From: Candidatus Binataceae bacterium
GTDB taxonomy: Bacteria > Desulfobacterota > Binatia > Binatales > Binataceae
NCBI GenBank assembly: GCA_035531675.1
Contig: DATKSL010000033.1
Coordinates: forward strand, 160,260 to 224,259
Direction of reading: 5' to 3'
DNA length: 64,000 nt
Under the pieces are notes generated by a model, which made no database searches, was not told the DNA's origin, and was given only the letters and a program-made list of their open reading frames with translations. Positions within the stretch are counted from its first letter, which is position 1. Every line of letters starts with the position of its first letter. Positions 17,870-27,561 of the stretch are shown one piece after another. Both the position numbers and the translations under genes were made by a program.

Positions 17870-18295
17870 TTAGGCTAGCACGACCCCGATGACGAGGTGA
17901 ATTATCAGGGCCAACATCGTCAGCGCGCCGACGGTGAAAGAGATCGTCCGCAGCGGCTGGACCGAGTTCAGGTAGAAAATCGTGTGCAGGATGCGGCAGG
18001 CCATGAAAATCACACAATAGAGCACGAAGGCGCCAAGCGACAGCCCGGCCGCTACGTAGATCCACGCCAGGATGAGAAAGATCGGAATGTTCTCGAGATC
18101 GTTGCGCCAGGCCCGCGCCGCGCGCTGTACCGCCGGCGCTTCCTCGGCGGCCGTCGTGCCGCTGAAGGTGGTGGCGTCTTCGGGGTTGACGAAAATCCCG
18201 GTGGCGACGCGGGCGCGCCCCTGCGCCAGCGAAATCGCTACCATCTTGAAGGTCAGAACGATCGCGGTAATCGCGTACATCTTGAGCAGCGTCAC
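17870..18295 (-). CDS. MAPEG family membrane protein (microsomal GST-like)
   Basis: 141 aa, four hydrophobic helices, and RNDLENIP motif typical of MAPEG. Confidence 0.7.
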   Translation of the reverse strand: MTLLKMYAITAIVLTFKMVAISLAQGRARVATGIFVNPEDATTFSGTTAAEEAPAVQRAARAWRNDLENIPIFLILAWIYVAAGLSLGAFVLYCVIFMACRILHTIFYLNSVQPLRTISFTVGALTMLALIIHLVIGVVLA

Positions 18296-18583
18296 GATGT
18301 CACCTCCACGTCTGAGGGGATGGGCTTAGATTTTCCTTACCGCGTCAGCACTCATCCCGGTTTTAGTAGACCGAATATATCCGCATCCAAGCATAGAACG
18401 ATTCAAGATGCATTAGCCGCTGCGATCTTCTTATAGATAGATAGGGAGCCCGTCGGCGGCTTCCATCGAGCCCCGCGAGCCTGGAGACCTGGCCGCCCGG
18501 CGCCTGGAAATAGAAACGATTGGCGGCGTCCGGTGGTTGCCGATCGTCACGATGCTGCCGCTCCGGCGATCCGTGCTTCGCTC

Positions 18584-19804
18584 TCAGGCCGGTGGAGCAA
18601 AGACCTCTTGAGGATCGCTCACGCCGCGTAGTTTATGGAAGCCGAGACTCTCCAGCGGTGCTTTCGCCGCCGCCCTGAAACTCGCGGAGGTTACCATCGG
18701 CCGGCCGAGTTCCGAGGCGAGCTTCTCGAGCCGGGTGGCGTGATTCACCGCCGGCCCGATGACCGTGAAATCGAGCCGGTCGGGCGCGCCGATATTGCCG
18801 TAGCTGACCTCGCCGAGATGGAGCGCGAGACCGAAATTGATTCGCGGCTCACCGGCCGCGTGACGCTGGCGATTGCGCTCCGCGATCTCGCCGTGGACCT
18901 TATGCGCCGCGCGCAAAGCCGCCGCGCACTGTGCGGCGGTATCGGCGCCGCTACCGCATTCGAAGATCGCCAGCATCGCGTCGCCGATAAACTTCAAGAC
19001 CTCGCCGCCTTCGCTGGCGACCGTGTTCGCCATGATTTCGAAGTAGTCGTTGAGCAACGCCAGCAGGCGATCGCGCTCGATGGTATCGGCCAGGGTCGTG
19101 AAGCCGCGCAGGTCGCAGAACCAGATGACCGCCGAAATCGCTTCGACGCTGCCGCGCGCGATCGACCCGGCCAACACCCGATCTCCGGTGCGGCGGCCGA
19201 CGTAAGTATTGAGCAGGCTGCGCGCGATGCGATGGGCGGACTGCAGCTCGACGATCACGCTCAGCGCCGCCGCGATATCGGTCAGACCGGCGACCTCCGC
19301 GTCGCTGAATCCGCCCGGACGATCGGTCGCCCAGGTGATGGCGTTGATCATGCGGTTCGAGCAGATCATCGGCATCGCGACGTAGTCGGTGCATCCTTCC
19401 TGCTTGATTTCGGCCAGCGCCGGAAAGTCGATCGGACAGTCGGGCTGCTCCAGGCGCCTGCGCAACGGGCGCGAGGTTTTGCGGATCTCGTTTATCGGAC
19501 TGTTGGCGAACACCGGTTTTTCGCGCAGCCCACGCCCCGCGCTGCGGCGCATCGCACCCTGCTGATCGCGCTGCCATACGTAAGCGGCGCCATAGAGTTG
19601 CGGATGCAGGGTCTCGACCGCGCAGAAGCCCCGATACAGCGGGATGCCCGCGGTGACGATGCGCCGGCACATCTCGTCGCCGAACTCGCGCATCCGCGGA
19701 TTGAAACGCCCCTCATAGAGCATCCATCGGACGACCTCGGCCGCGCCCGGATGGCCCGGCGGGGTGGCGAATTTTTCCTTGCGCTTCGATCCGGGTTTCG
19801 GCAC
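18584..19804 (-). CDS. class III adenylate/guanylate cyclase with uncharacterised N-terminal domain
   Basis: C-terminal cyclase homology domain (FCDLRGFTTLA, GDAMLAIF, VNHATRLE) preceded by about 180 aa without a recognisable domain. Confidence 0.75.
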   Translation of the reverse strand: MPKPGSKRKEKFATPPGHPGAAEVVRWMLYEGRFNPRMREFGDEMCRRIVTAGIPLYRGFCAVETLHPQLYGAAYVWQRDQQGAMRRSAGRGLREKPVFANSPINEIRKTSRPLRRRLEQPDCPIDFPALAEIKQEGCTDYVAMPMICSNRMINAITWATDRPGGFSDAEVAGLTDIAAALSVIVELQSAHRIARSLLNTYVGRRTGDRVLAGSIARGSVEAISAVIWFCDLRGFTTLADTIERDRLLALLNDYFEIMANTVASEGGEVLKFIGDAMLAIFECGSGADTAAQCAAALRAAHKVHGEIAERNRQRHAAGEPRINFGLALHLGEVSYGNIGAPDRLDFTVIGPAVNHATRLEKLASELGRPMVTSASFRAAAKAPLESLGFHKLRGVSDPQEVFAPPA

Positions 19805-20143
19805 TTACACCTCCCGACCCGTGGTCCGCTCCGGCTTGCCGTCGGTGCCCTTGGGGAAGATGTACTTCAGTACGTAGCGGATCGCCATCGCGTCGTAAAA
19901 GTAGCAGTTGAGCGCGCTTATCCACTGCTCGGCGCGAGCCCGGTCAGCGGGCGACTCCGGCATCAGGCGCGGTCCGGGGAAAGCTTCGTCGACGTAGCGC
20001 AAGATCGCGCTGGTTTCGAACAGGGTCAGCTCGCCGATACGCAGCGCCGGCACCTTGCCGAACGGATGGATGGCGTTGAGCGCCGGGCTGTGCAGCGGCT
20101 GCGGGTCGAGTGTGTAGGAGATCCCTTTCTCATGGAACGCCAT
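19805..20143 (-). pseudogene. glutathione S-transferase N-terminal (thioredoxin-like) domain fragment; C-terminal helical domain truncated
   Basis: GST N-domain motifs (HEKGISY, FGKVPAL with cis-Pro, ETSAILRY) are present. The frame stops about 50 aa into the C-domain, 1 nt before the cyclase start. No convincing RBS or beta-1 strand is visible. Confidence 0.3.
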
Positions 20144-20232
20144 CCGCGCGCTGCGGGTGTAGGTGCTGCGCGCGTCGTCTTGACACCCGGGCGTCGCTAT
20201 AAGAGACCATCCGAAGAAGCCGGAGGTGCCTG

Positions 20233-21294
20233 ATGACGGATCGCACAAACGCTAAGCTGGAATTCGGACTGTTCAACCATATCGAGAAAAGCAGCGGCAG
20301 CCCGGCGCTCGACGTACTTTACGACGAGCATATCGGGTTCATTCAGCAAGCCGAACAGGCGGGCTTCTGGGGCTATCACCTGGCGGAGCATCACGCCACG
20401 CCGCTGTCGATGGTGCCGTCGCCGGGCTTGTTCCTGGCGGCGCTGGCCCGCCAGACCAAGCGGATTCGATTGGGCCCGCTGGTCTACCTGCTGCCGTTCT
20501 ACAACCCGCTCCGGCTGATCTACGAAATCTGCATGCTGGATAACCTCTCGGGCGGACGGCTCGAGATTGGAGTCGGGCGCGGCATCAACGTTTACGAGCA
20601 TCAGTTCTACCGCATCAATACGCTGGAGGCGCGCGAAATTTTCGAAGAGGCGCTCGAAGTACTCATCAAGGGGCTGACCCACGATCGGCTGAAGCATCGT
20701 GGAATCCATTTTCGCTTCGACGACGTGCCGCTGATGGATCTGCGGCCGTTGCAGCAGCCCTATCCGGGCCTGTGGTACGGGGCATTGAACGACAATTCGA
20801 TCGTTTTCGCCGCCCGCCGCGGGATGAACGTCGGCACCGGCGGACCGCTGCCGGCGCTCAAGCGCGCGGTCGAGCTTTACTGGGAGACGCGCAAACAATA
20901 CGCGAACTCGCCGGACAATCTGCAGCCGCACGTGACCGATCCTAAAATCGGACCGCTGCGCTTTTTGTATGTCGACGATGACGAACGCCGGGGCGAGGCG
21001 GTCGCCCGCGTCGCCTATGACGTTTACGAGCGCAACATCAACAAGCTGGTGAATGACTACGGGCTGAACGACAATCGGGTGACTATTCCGTACGACGTGA
21101 TGCGCGCAGGCGGCGCGATGATCGTCGGTTCGCCGAGCCGCGTCCACGACGAGATCGCGCACCAGCTCGCAGAGGCCCGCTTCAACTACATCATGCTGAA
21201 TATGAAATTCGGCAGCCTGCAGGCCGCCGAGTCGCTGCGATCACTGGAACTGTTCGCCGCTAAGGTGATGCCGGAACTGATTAAACGCGGCTGA
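20233..21294 (+). CDS. LLM class flavin-dependent oxidoreductase
   Basis: 353-aa luciferase-like TIM-barrel protein with LSGGRLExGxGxG region. Confidence 0.8.
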   Translation: MTDRTNAKLEFGLFNHIEKSSGSPALDVLYDEHIGFIQQAEQAGFWGYHLAEHHATPLSMVPSPGLFLAALARQTKRIRLGPLVYLLPFYNPLRLIYEICMLDNLSGGRLEIGVGRGINVYEHQFYRINTLEAREIFEEALEVLIKGLTHDRLKHRGIHFRFDDVPLMDLRPLQQPYPGLWYGALNDNSIVFAARRGMNVGTGGPLPALKRAVELYWETRKQYANSPDNLQPHVTDPKIGPLRFLYVDDDERRGEAVARVAYDVYERNINKLVNDYGLNDNRVTIPYDVMRAGGAMIVGSPSRVHDEIAHQLAEARFNYIMLNMKFGSLQAAESLRSLELFAAKVMPELIKRG

Positions 21295-21412
21295 GCCCGG
21301 CCGGCGCGGCTTGTGAAAAGAGCGGCTTTGGTATTTATAGAGAGCAGTTGCGTCCCGGCCCGGTTCCGATCGATCGGCGGCCGGCCACGGCGAGAGCGGC
21401 GGAGGTCGAAAT

Positions 21413-22594
21413 ATGACGACCGAGATCACCAACCAGCGCTGGACGCGGAAGTTCCCCGAGCTGGGAACGGCGCCGGTGGCGGCCGAGTCGTGCGTTTCGC
21501 CGGAGTTCTTCGAGCGTGAACGCGAGCGCATCTTCAGGCATTCGTGGCTGTGCGTCGGCAACGTTTGCGAGTTGCCCGAGCGCGGCGACTACATCGTCAG
21601 GGAGGTCGCGATCTGCGACGCCCAGCTGCTGCTGATTCGCGGGCAGGACGGCGTGGTGCGCGGCTTTCACAACGTCTGCTCGCATCGCGGCAACACCCTG
21701 GCCTGGGACCGAGCGGGAAAATGCCGCGGCTATCTGACCTGCAATTTCCACTCCTGGGGCTATGATTCGAGCGGCCAGCTCAAGTGGATTCCTGACGCCG
21801 AAAACTTCTTCGATCTCGACCGCAGCAAGCTCGGCCTGACTCCGGTCGCCACCGAGATTTTCAACGGCTTCATCTTCATCAATCTCGATCCGCAACAGAC
21901 CCTGACCGAGTACCTCGAGGGCGTGACCGAGCGGCTGACGCCGGTGGGCTTCGATCAGCTGCGATTGCAACGCATGTATCGGGTCAACGAGCGGGCCAAC
22001 TGGAAGGTCGCGATGGACGCCCAGAACGAGGGCTACCACGTCTTTTCGCAACATCGTTACCTGATGCCGAACCTGTTCATCACGACCAAGGAAGGCTGCA
22101 TGCGCTCAGCGGAGATGGCGTTCTTCGGCCGTCACAGTGTTTCCGGCAGCAATCTCAACCCCGCCTACCAGCCGTTCCCGCTGGAGGGGTTGATGTTCCA
22201 GATCGACAAGGGGCCTTCGCGATGTCGGCTGCCGATGCGCAACCAGTTCGAGTTCCACATGATTTTTCCGAACTTCGCGATGCTGTTCTTTCGGTTTCCG
22301 GCCAATGACTATTGCATCACGCACAATTTCTGGCCGATCGCGGTCGATCGCACGCTGTGGGAGATAAGATTTTACGCGCCCGCGCCGCTCAACGCCGCCG
22401 AGCGCCTCAGCCAGGACTTCATGCAGGTCTTCAACCGCGTGGTGTTCGACGAGGATGCGACCGCGCACGAGACTGTCCATGCGGGCCTCGCCTCGCGCGC
22501 GAAAAAGTATCTGCTATTGCAGGACGAGGAGATCGCGATTCGGCATTTCCACAAGGTCCTCGACGATCAGCTCGCGATCCGCAACGGAGCCTGA
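21413..22594 (+). CDS. Rieske non-heme iron aromatic-ring-hydroxylating oxygenase, alpha subunit
   Basis: Rieske CxH...CxxH (CSHRG...CNFHSWG) and a catalytic domain with a His/Asp mononuclear iron region. 393 aa. Confidence 0.8.
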   Translation: MTTEITNQRWTRKFPELGTAPVAAESCVSPEFFERERERIFRHSWLCVGNVCELPERGDYIVREVAICDAQLLLIRGQDGVVRGFHNVCSHRGNTLAWDRAGKCRGYLTCNFHSWGYDSSGQLKWIPDAENFFDLDRSKLGLTPVATEIFNGFIFINLDPQQTLTEYLEGVTERLTPVGFDQLRLQRMYRVNERANWKVAMDAQNEGYHVFSQHRYLMPNLFITTKEGCMRSAEMAFFGRHSVSGSNLNPAYQPFPLEGLMFQIDKGPSRCRLPMRNQFEFHMIFPNFAMLFFRFPANDYCITHNFWPIAVDRTLWEIRFYAPAPLNAAERLSQDFMQVFNRVVFDEDATAHETVHAGLASRAKKYLLLQDEEIAIRHFHKVLDDQLAIRNGA

Positions 22595-22598
22595 GACC

Positions 22599-22949
22599 AT
22601 GCGCGGACAGGATGCGATCGCGAAGCCGGACGGCGGTGCGCTGCCTGAATCCTTTCAGGATCTCGAGCCGTTCGGCGACTGGGCGCTCAGCACCGAAGTC
22701 GAGCGGATGGCGGCGCGCGAAAACAGCACCATCGAGGAGCTGCAGGTCTTTTACGACGCGATGCTGCGCCGGCTGCCGGCGGTGGTCGAATATCTCAATC
22801 AGTTTCCTCTCGATCGGATGCCCGAGCAGGCCCAGCGGCTTTTGCACATGGCGCTGTCGCTCAACGAGGTCAGCATCGCGGTCGAGCGCTATCGGCAGCC
22901 GCGCGTAATCAACGGCCGCGAGCGCGCCCGATTTTTTCCCGGGCAATAA
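22599..22949 (+). CDS. hypothetical protein (116 aa) immediately downstream of Rieske oxygenase
   Basis: ATG 5 nt after the Rieske stop, coding-like composition, no recognisable domain. Not an NTF2-type beta subunit. Confidence 0.4.
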   Translation: MRGQDAIAKPDGGALPESFQDLEPFGDWALSTEVERMAARENSTIEELQVFYDAMLRRLPAVVEYLNQFPLDRMPEQAQRLLHMALSLNEVSIAVERYRQPRVINGRERARFFPGQ

Positions 22950-22994
22950 TCAGTCGGCAGCAAGGGCGCGCGCGTCGCGCCCGGGAGGTGACGC

Positions 22995-23789
22995 TTGGCC
23001 GCACACATTTCGGGCAAGCTGCACTACGAGCAGCATGGCAAGCATGGCCCGGTCATGCTCTTCATCCATGGCAACCCGTACGATCATCGCCTGTGGATGT
23101 ATCAGACCGCGCACTTTTCGAGCTGGTTCCGGACCATCGCGGTCGATGTCCCGCCATACGGGCGCAGCCCTTCGCCGACGCCGGGCCTGACGCTGACCGA
23201 TCTGGCCGCGGCCTGCTGGGAGGTGATCGACGAGATCACGCGCGACCCGGTAATCCTGGTCGGCAACTCGGTCGGCGCGACCACCGTCATCTACATGACC
23301 GGCTTGCGCCCGCAGCAGGCGCGCGCGCTGATCGTTACGGGCTGCGCTTACTGGCCGAATCGCGATTTCGCGCGCCAGGGCGGCGCGCAATGGGACAAGC
23401 TCGGCATCGAAGCACGGCGCGCGACCTTTGACGCCTTTGTCAGTTCAGCGCTGCGCGCGGATCCCCACGCGCAATATCTGCAGCGGATGTTTCTCGAAAC
23501 CAACGATCGCATGGACGTGCCCGGGATCCGCGAGATCTTTCGCGCGCTCGAAGAGCCCGAGCCCGAAGCGGTTTACGATCGCATCGACCAGCCCTGCCTG
23601 ATCATCACCGGCACTGAGGACCCGGCCCATCAGGGTGGGCTCGATATGCAGCGCCGCATCAAGGGTGCGGAACTCGCGATCATCGAAGGCGCCGGGCACG
23701 TCTGCAATCTTGACAATCCCGTCGAATGGGATCGCCACGCGGTCGATTTCCTGCGGCGTCACCGGCTGTTCGACGCGTCGTCGAAATAG
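22995..23789 (+). CDS. alpha/beta hydrolase fold protein
   Basis: HGNP oxyanion-type motif, GNSVG nucleophile elbow and a C-terminal His region. 264 aa. Confidence 0.75.
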   Translation: MAAHISGKLHYEQHGKHGPVMLFIHGNPYDHRLWMYQTAHFSSWFRTIAVDVPPYGRSPSPTPGLTLTDLAAACWEVIDEITRDPVILVGNSVGATTVIYMTGLRPQQARALIVTGCAYWPNRDFARQGGAQWDKLGIEARRATFDAFVSSALRADPHAQYLQRMFLETNDRMDVPGIREIFRALEEPEPEAVYDRIDQPCLIITGTEDPAHQGGLDMQRRIKGAELAIIEGAGHVCNLDNPVEWDRHAVDFLRRHRLFDASSK

Positions 23790-23804
23790 CCGCCGACGCG
23801 CCGC

Positions 23805-24320
23805 TCAGCGCGCGGGGAGCTGCCAGGTGGTATAGCGCAGCGCGTCGATATCGACGGTGCGGCCGTGACCGCGCGGCGGACCGTGCGGCAGCTCCGCGGC
23901 GTCCTTGAAACCGTGCTCGCAGTACAGCTCGATCAGGTTGCCCGAGGGATCGCGGAAAAACATCAGCGCCTCGACGCCGCCGCGGGTCCAGAAATTCGAG
24001 GTCGGGATGCCGCACGCGGTCAGCCACTGCTTCATCCGCACCAGCTCGTCCGCCCCGACGAAGAAGGCGAAGTGCGGATATTCCGCGCCGGGCGGAATCC
24101 ACGAGCAGCCTTCGGTGCCGATGCCGACATCGACGCCGCCAATCCGGACCGAGGCAAAGGTGGGAGGCGCCGATACCTGGAGTTCGCCGCCGAGCACGTC
24201 GATATAAAAGCGCTTGCCTTCTTCGAGATCGCGGCAGGGCACGCTGACATGCGAGAACGACATCAGTGGGGGAGGGCCCTGCAGCTCGCTGCGGGCTTTC
24301 GATTTTACTGAGTGTGCCAT
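23805..24320 (-). CDS. VOC family protein (glyoxalase/bleomycin-resistance/extradiol-dioxygenase fold)
   Basis: Paired beta-alpha-beta-beta-beta module pattern with His/Glu positions. Start taken at MAHSV (24320) with a GGAGG RBS; the ORF is open to 24356. Confidence 0.55.
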   Translation of the reverse strand: MAHSVKSKARSELQGPPPLMSFSHVSVPCRDLEEGKRFYIDVLGGELQVSAPPTFASVRIGGVDVGIGTEGCSWIPPGAEYPHFAFFVGADELVRMKQWLTACGIPTSNFWTRGGVEALMFFRDPSGNLIELYCEHGFKDAAELPHGPPRGHGRTVDIDALRYTTWQLPAR

Positions 24321-24518
24321 AAGCTCCTGCCTCCGCGCGGTGCGGTCCGCCGTCAATTGCGACGTCCAGGAAAGGACAACCCTAGAGTGCCTGATAGGCC
24401 AACCGCCGGTCGCAATGCAAGCCTTTCGAGGCCGGGCGATTGGCGGCTATCGCGCTCGCGAACGGCCGGCACAACCCGATATGCTTTCGCATCGTCGTTA
24501 CGTGCGGGAGGAAAACCG

Positions 24519-25064
24519 ATGGCGCGGATACCTGAAATTCCAGTTGCGCAGCTTACCGACGCGCAGCGGCTCGTCCACGATCAGATCGCGGGCGCCCGCG
24601 CCGGCGCGGTGGCGGGGCCGTTCGCGATCTGGCTGCACGTGCCGCAGATCGCGGATCGGGCCAACCAGTTCGGCAACACCATCCGGCTCCAGGGCGCACT
24701 CGAGAAGCGTCTGTTTGAATTGATCGTATTGATCACCGCGCGCCACTGGTCTTCGCAGTACGAATGGTTCGCGCACCAGGATGCGGCGCTCAAGGCAGGG
24801 TTATCGCCCGAGATCGTGGAGGCAATCCGCGCGCGGCGCGCGCCGGATTTCACGCATGACGACGAGCGCCTGATCTTCGAGATCGTCACGGAGCTCTATG
24901 AGACCAGGACCGTGAGTCAAGGCACCTACGATCGAGCGCTCAAACAGTTTGGCCCGGAGCTTCTGATCGAAGCGATCACGACGGCGGGCTTCTACACGAT
25001 GGCCGCGATGGTCATAAACAGCTTCGATGCGCCGGTCCCCGGCGGCGGCCGCCCGCTCCCATAG
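24519..25064 (+). CDS. carboxymuconolactone decarboxylase (CMD/AhpD-like) family protein
   Basis: CMD-domain helical repeat pattern. ATG at 24519 preceded by a GGGAGGAAAA RBS; the upstream ORF extension is rejected. Confidence 0.65.
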   Translation: MARIPEIPVAQLTDAQRLVHDQIAGARAGAVAGPFAIWLHVPQIADRANQFGNTIRLQGALEKRLFELIVLITARHWSSQYEWFAHQDAALKAGLSPEIVEAIRARRAPDFTHDDERLIFEIVTELYETRTVSQGTYDRALKQFGPELLIEAITTAGFYTMAAMVINSFDAPVPGGGRPLP

Positions 25065-25084
25065 CCGGCGCGCGACGCTCGGGA

Positions 25085-25957
25085 TCAACTCGCGCTCAGA
25101 AACTCGATCACCATCCGGTTTACCACTTCAGGATTGTCAGTCTGCGCCTGATGGCCGGCGTCGATGAAATCAAACGTGATATTGGGCAGCAGCTCGGCCA
25201 GCTTGTGCCCCATCGAGACCGGCGCGAAGCTGTCCTGCTTGCCCCAGATGAACTTGGTGGGGATGGCGAGCTTCGGCAGCGAATCCTGCAGGCTGTGGCG
25301 CGCCCACAGCCGTGGCTCGCGGCGCATCCGCGCCACGTAGGACTCGAAGGCCTTGCGCGCTTCCTTGATGCCGGGGCGCTGACTGAGCTCGGTGCGATTG
25401 CGCACCAGCTCGTCGGTTACGGTGGCGGGGTCGTTGACGATCGCGAGCAGAAACCTGCGCATCCCCTGTTCGGTGTAATCGTAGTCGCGGATCGCGAGCA
25501 AGCCCGGGTTGGTCTCCATCCCCGGCCATTGGACCTTCATTGCGCCCGCGATGGTGCCGCTGCCGATCAGGAAGATGCGTCGCACTTTCTCAGGATGATC
25601 GAGGGAGTACTTCGCCGCCACGTAGGCGCCCTGCGAATTGCCGACCACGCAGACCTCGTCGAGGCACAGGGCGTCGACGAAATCCGCCACGTGATCGACC
25701 AAACTCTGATGGCCGAGCACCGGCCAGGCATGCGGGCGGGCGTCGGTCGCGCCGAAAGAAAGTTGATCGGGCGCCAGCGCCCGGAAGCCGGCCTTCGCCA
25801 GCGCCGGCAACATGAAGCGCCATCCGGCCGCACCCGACGATCCGGGTCCGCCGCCGTGCAACAGGATAACCACCGGGCCCTCGGTACCGGCCCACGAATA
25901 ATGCGTGCGCACCCCGTTGGCCAGAACCCAGTTGCTGTAGTAGCCGAGCTTATCCAT
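25085..25957 (-). CDS. alpha/beta hydrolase, meta-cleavage-product (C-C bond) hydrolase-like (BphD/MhpC type)
   Basis: HGGGPG, GNSQG nucleophile elbow, catalytic Asp and His near the C-terminus. 290 aa. Confidence 0.75.
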   Translation of the reverse strand: MDKLGYYSNWVLANGVRTHYSWAGTEGPVVILLHGGGPGSSGAAGWRFMLPALAKAGFRALAPDQLSFGATDARPHAWPVLGHQSLVDHVADFVDALCLDEVCVVGNSQGAYVAAKYSLDHPEKVRRIFLIGSGTIAGAMKVQWPGMETNPGLLAIRDYDYTEQGMRRFLLAIVNDPATVTDELVRNRTELSQRPGIKEARKAFESYVARMRREPRLWARHSLQDSLPKLAIPTKFIWGKQDSFAPVSMGHKLAELLPNITFDFIDAGHQAQTDNPEVVNRMVIEFLSAS

Positions 25958-26232
25958 TTCCTGTTCGACCTCCTTCGCAAAGCGGAAAACCGCCGCGCCT
26001 GACGCTCATCGCGACGGGCAGCATCGGCTGCGGAGTTCGCGGCGACGGCGTCAAGGCTCGGTTGCCCGCCGCGATCCCGCCTGATGATTTGGTGTGTTTT
26101 GACAGCGATCGGGTTTGAACGCAAATCCGCCGCGACCCGTGCGCGATCGCAGGCCGTTCGACTATCGACAGCTGGGGAGGGTATCAGGAACCGCCTCGAT
26201 AGTCCGGATTGGGGAGCATCGAGACGGACCGT

Positions 26233-27561
26233 TCATACACCCGGCAGCGGAAAGAACCGCACCCCGTTGTGATTATCGCAACCCATGGTGGTGGTGGTAC
26301 CCGCGCAGTTGCCGGCGGGGAGCGCCGTATTGATAGCGCCCGGATCTTTCCGCAACTTTTCAAGATCGACCTCGGCCACAAAGGTTTCGTCGCTATTCAC
26401 GATGTAGGCGCGGTTGTGGCAGGTGTCGATCGTATCGCTATACGGAAGTATGGCAGCCTCGAACTGTGCGCCATCCGGCTGAAGCGGCAGGGCTGCGCTC
26501 ACAGCGTCCAAATCGTATGGGCTGATGTACTTCATGGGAGCTTTTGGCAGGCTCAGAAGCACGACTTCATTGTCGAGCAGTCCGGTCAGGAACGCCTCAT
26601 GAGTCATCGGATTGATCGTCACGCCGGGCAGAAGGTCGTTGGCGCCGGTGTCGAAGTTGAGCGAATTGGGCGGCGGTGTTTCGGCCTCATCCAGCGTGCA
26701 CGACGGGGGCATCCCGTTAAAGGTTGCGCCCGAAAGATTAAGCACCGAGGTAAGAACGTCACCGAAGTTGCCAATTACCCAGATGCCCGTAGTCGGGTCC
26801 GCCGCCGCGCCTTCCGCGTCGCCGTTGAGGTCGACCACGTTGCCATCGGTAAGCGTGCAGGCTGCGTTGGCCGCAACGTTAGTTGCGTACATGGTAGGGT
26901 CGATAAAATCCGAAGGACCCAGTGCGGTCCGTGCCCGCGGGTCGAGGCCGAAATTGTTGACCGGGCTGTCGAACTGCATCAGCGGGCCAAAGGTATTCGA
27001 AGCCAGGTCGAAGGTTGCCATCCCGGTGCAGTCGGTGAAGCTTCCGCCCGGGCAGGTAATCGGCGTCGAGGTCATCGAAACCAGCGCGCTGTTGTGAATC
27101 GAATCGAACACGATCCCGTCCGTGAAGCCCGGTCGGCTGCCGACTGGAAACGAGAACGGTGAGCCGGCTACGAGCGTATTGTCGCTTTCGTTGATTTCGT
27201 CGAGATAGCCCGTGGTCAGGATCGATCCGCTGACCACCAGCACCAGCCCCTGCTTCGCCGCGATCGCAGTCCCAATGGCGATGCCGCCGTGACCCAGATC
27301 GACGGTGGTCACGGTCGGGTCGGTGGTGTCGGGGTCGACGCTCAGATCGAGCACCGCGACTTTGGCGTCAGTTCCGCTGGTGGTTGGGAGCGGGACATAG
27401 GCGCGCTGGTGCTTGCAGTCGACCGCCTCCAGGCTGGCGTTGGTCGCATTTCTAATGGCCGCCGAAGGCGTCGGCGGCAGTGGTGAGCTGCCGTTGCTGC
27501 CGCCGCATCCGGCCCACAGCAGCGCCATCGACACGATCCCCACTAGCCAGGCCCGCTTCAT
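26233..27561 (-). CDS. secreted lipoprotein-like protein (443 aa), possible beta-propeller
   Basis: MKRAWLVGIVSMALLWAGCGG signal with a lipobox-like LWAG|C. Gly/Thr/Asp-rich repeats. Its ATG overlaps the stop of the upstream giant gene (ATGA at 27558-27561). Confidence 0.55.
   Translation of the reverse strand: MKRAWLVGIVSMALLWAGCGGSNGSSPLPPTPSAAIRNATNASLEAVDCKHQRAYVPLPTTSGTDAKVAVLDLSVDPDTTDPTVTTVDLGHGGIAIGTAIAAKQGLVLVVSGSILTTGYLDEINESDNTLVAGSPFSFPVGSRPGFTDGIVFDSIHNSALVSMTSTPITCPGGSFTDCTGMATFDLASNTFGPLMQFDSPVNNFGLDPRARTALGPSDFIDPTMYATNVAANAACTLTDGNVVDLNGDAEGAAADPTTGIWVIGNFGDVLTSVLNLSGATFNGMPPSCTLDEAETPPPNSLNFDTGANDLLPGVTINPMTHEAFLTGLLDNEVVLLSLPKAPMKYISPYDLDAVSAALPLQPDGAQFEAAILPYSDTIDTCHNRAYIVNSDETFVAEVDLEKLRKDPGAINTALPAGNCAGTTTTMGCDNHNGVRFFPLPGV

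Noticed and set aside
17870-20248. Interpreting the class III cyclase plus neighbours as a nucleotide-signalling defence system (CBASS/Pycsar-like)
   Set aside because: The cyclase is a canonical class III CHD enzyme rather than a CD-NTase or Pycsar cyclase. No effector gene (nuclease, TIR, TM effector, phospholipase) is adjacent. The neighbours are MAPEG and a GST fragment.
23790-23804. Possible bidirectional terminator hairpin between convergent hydrolase and VOC genes
   Set aside because: Only short GC-rich partial complementarity (GCGCCGC / GCGCGCGG) exists, with no clean stem or U-tract. It is too weak to call.
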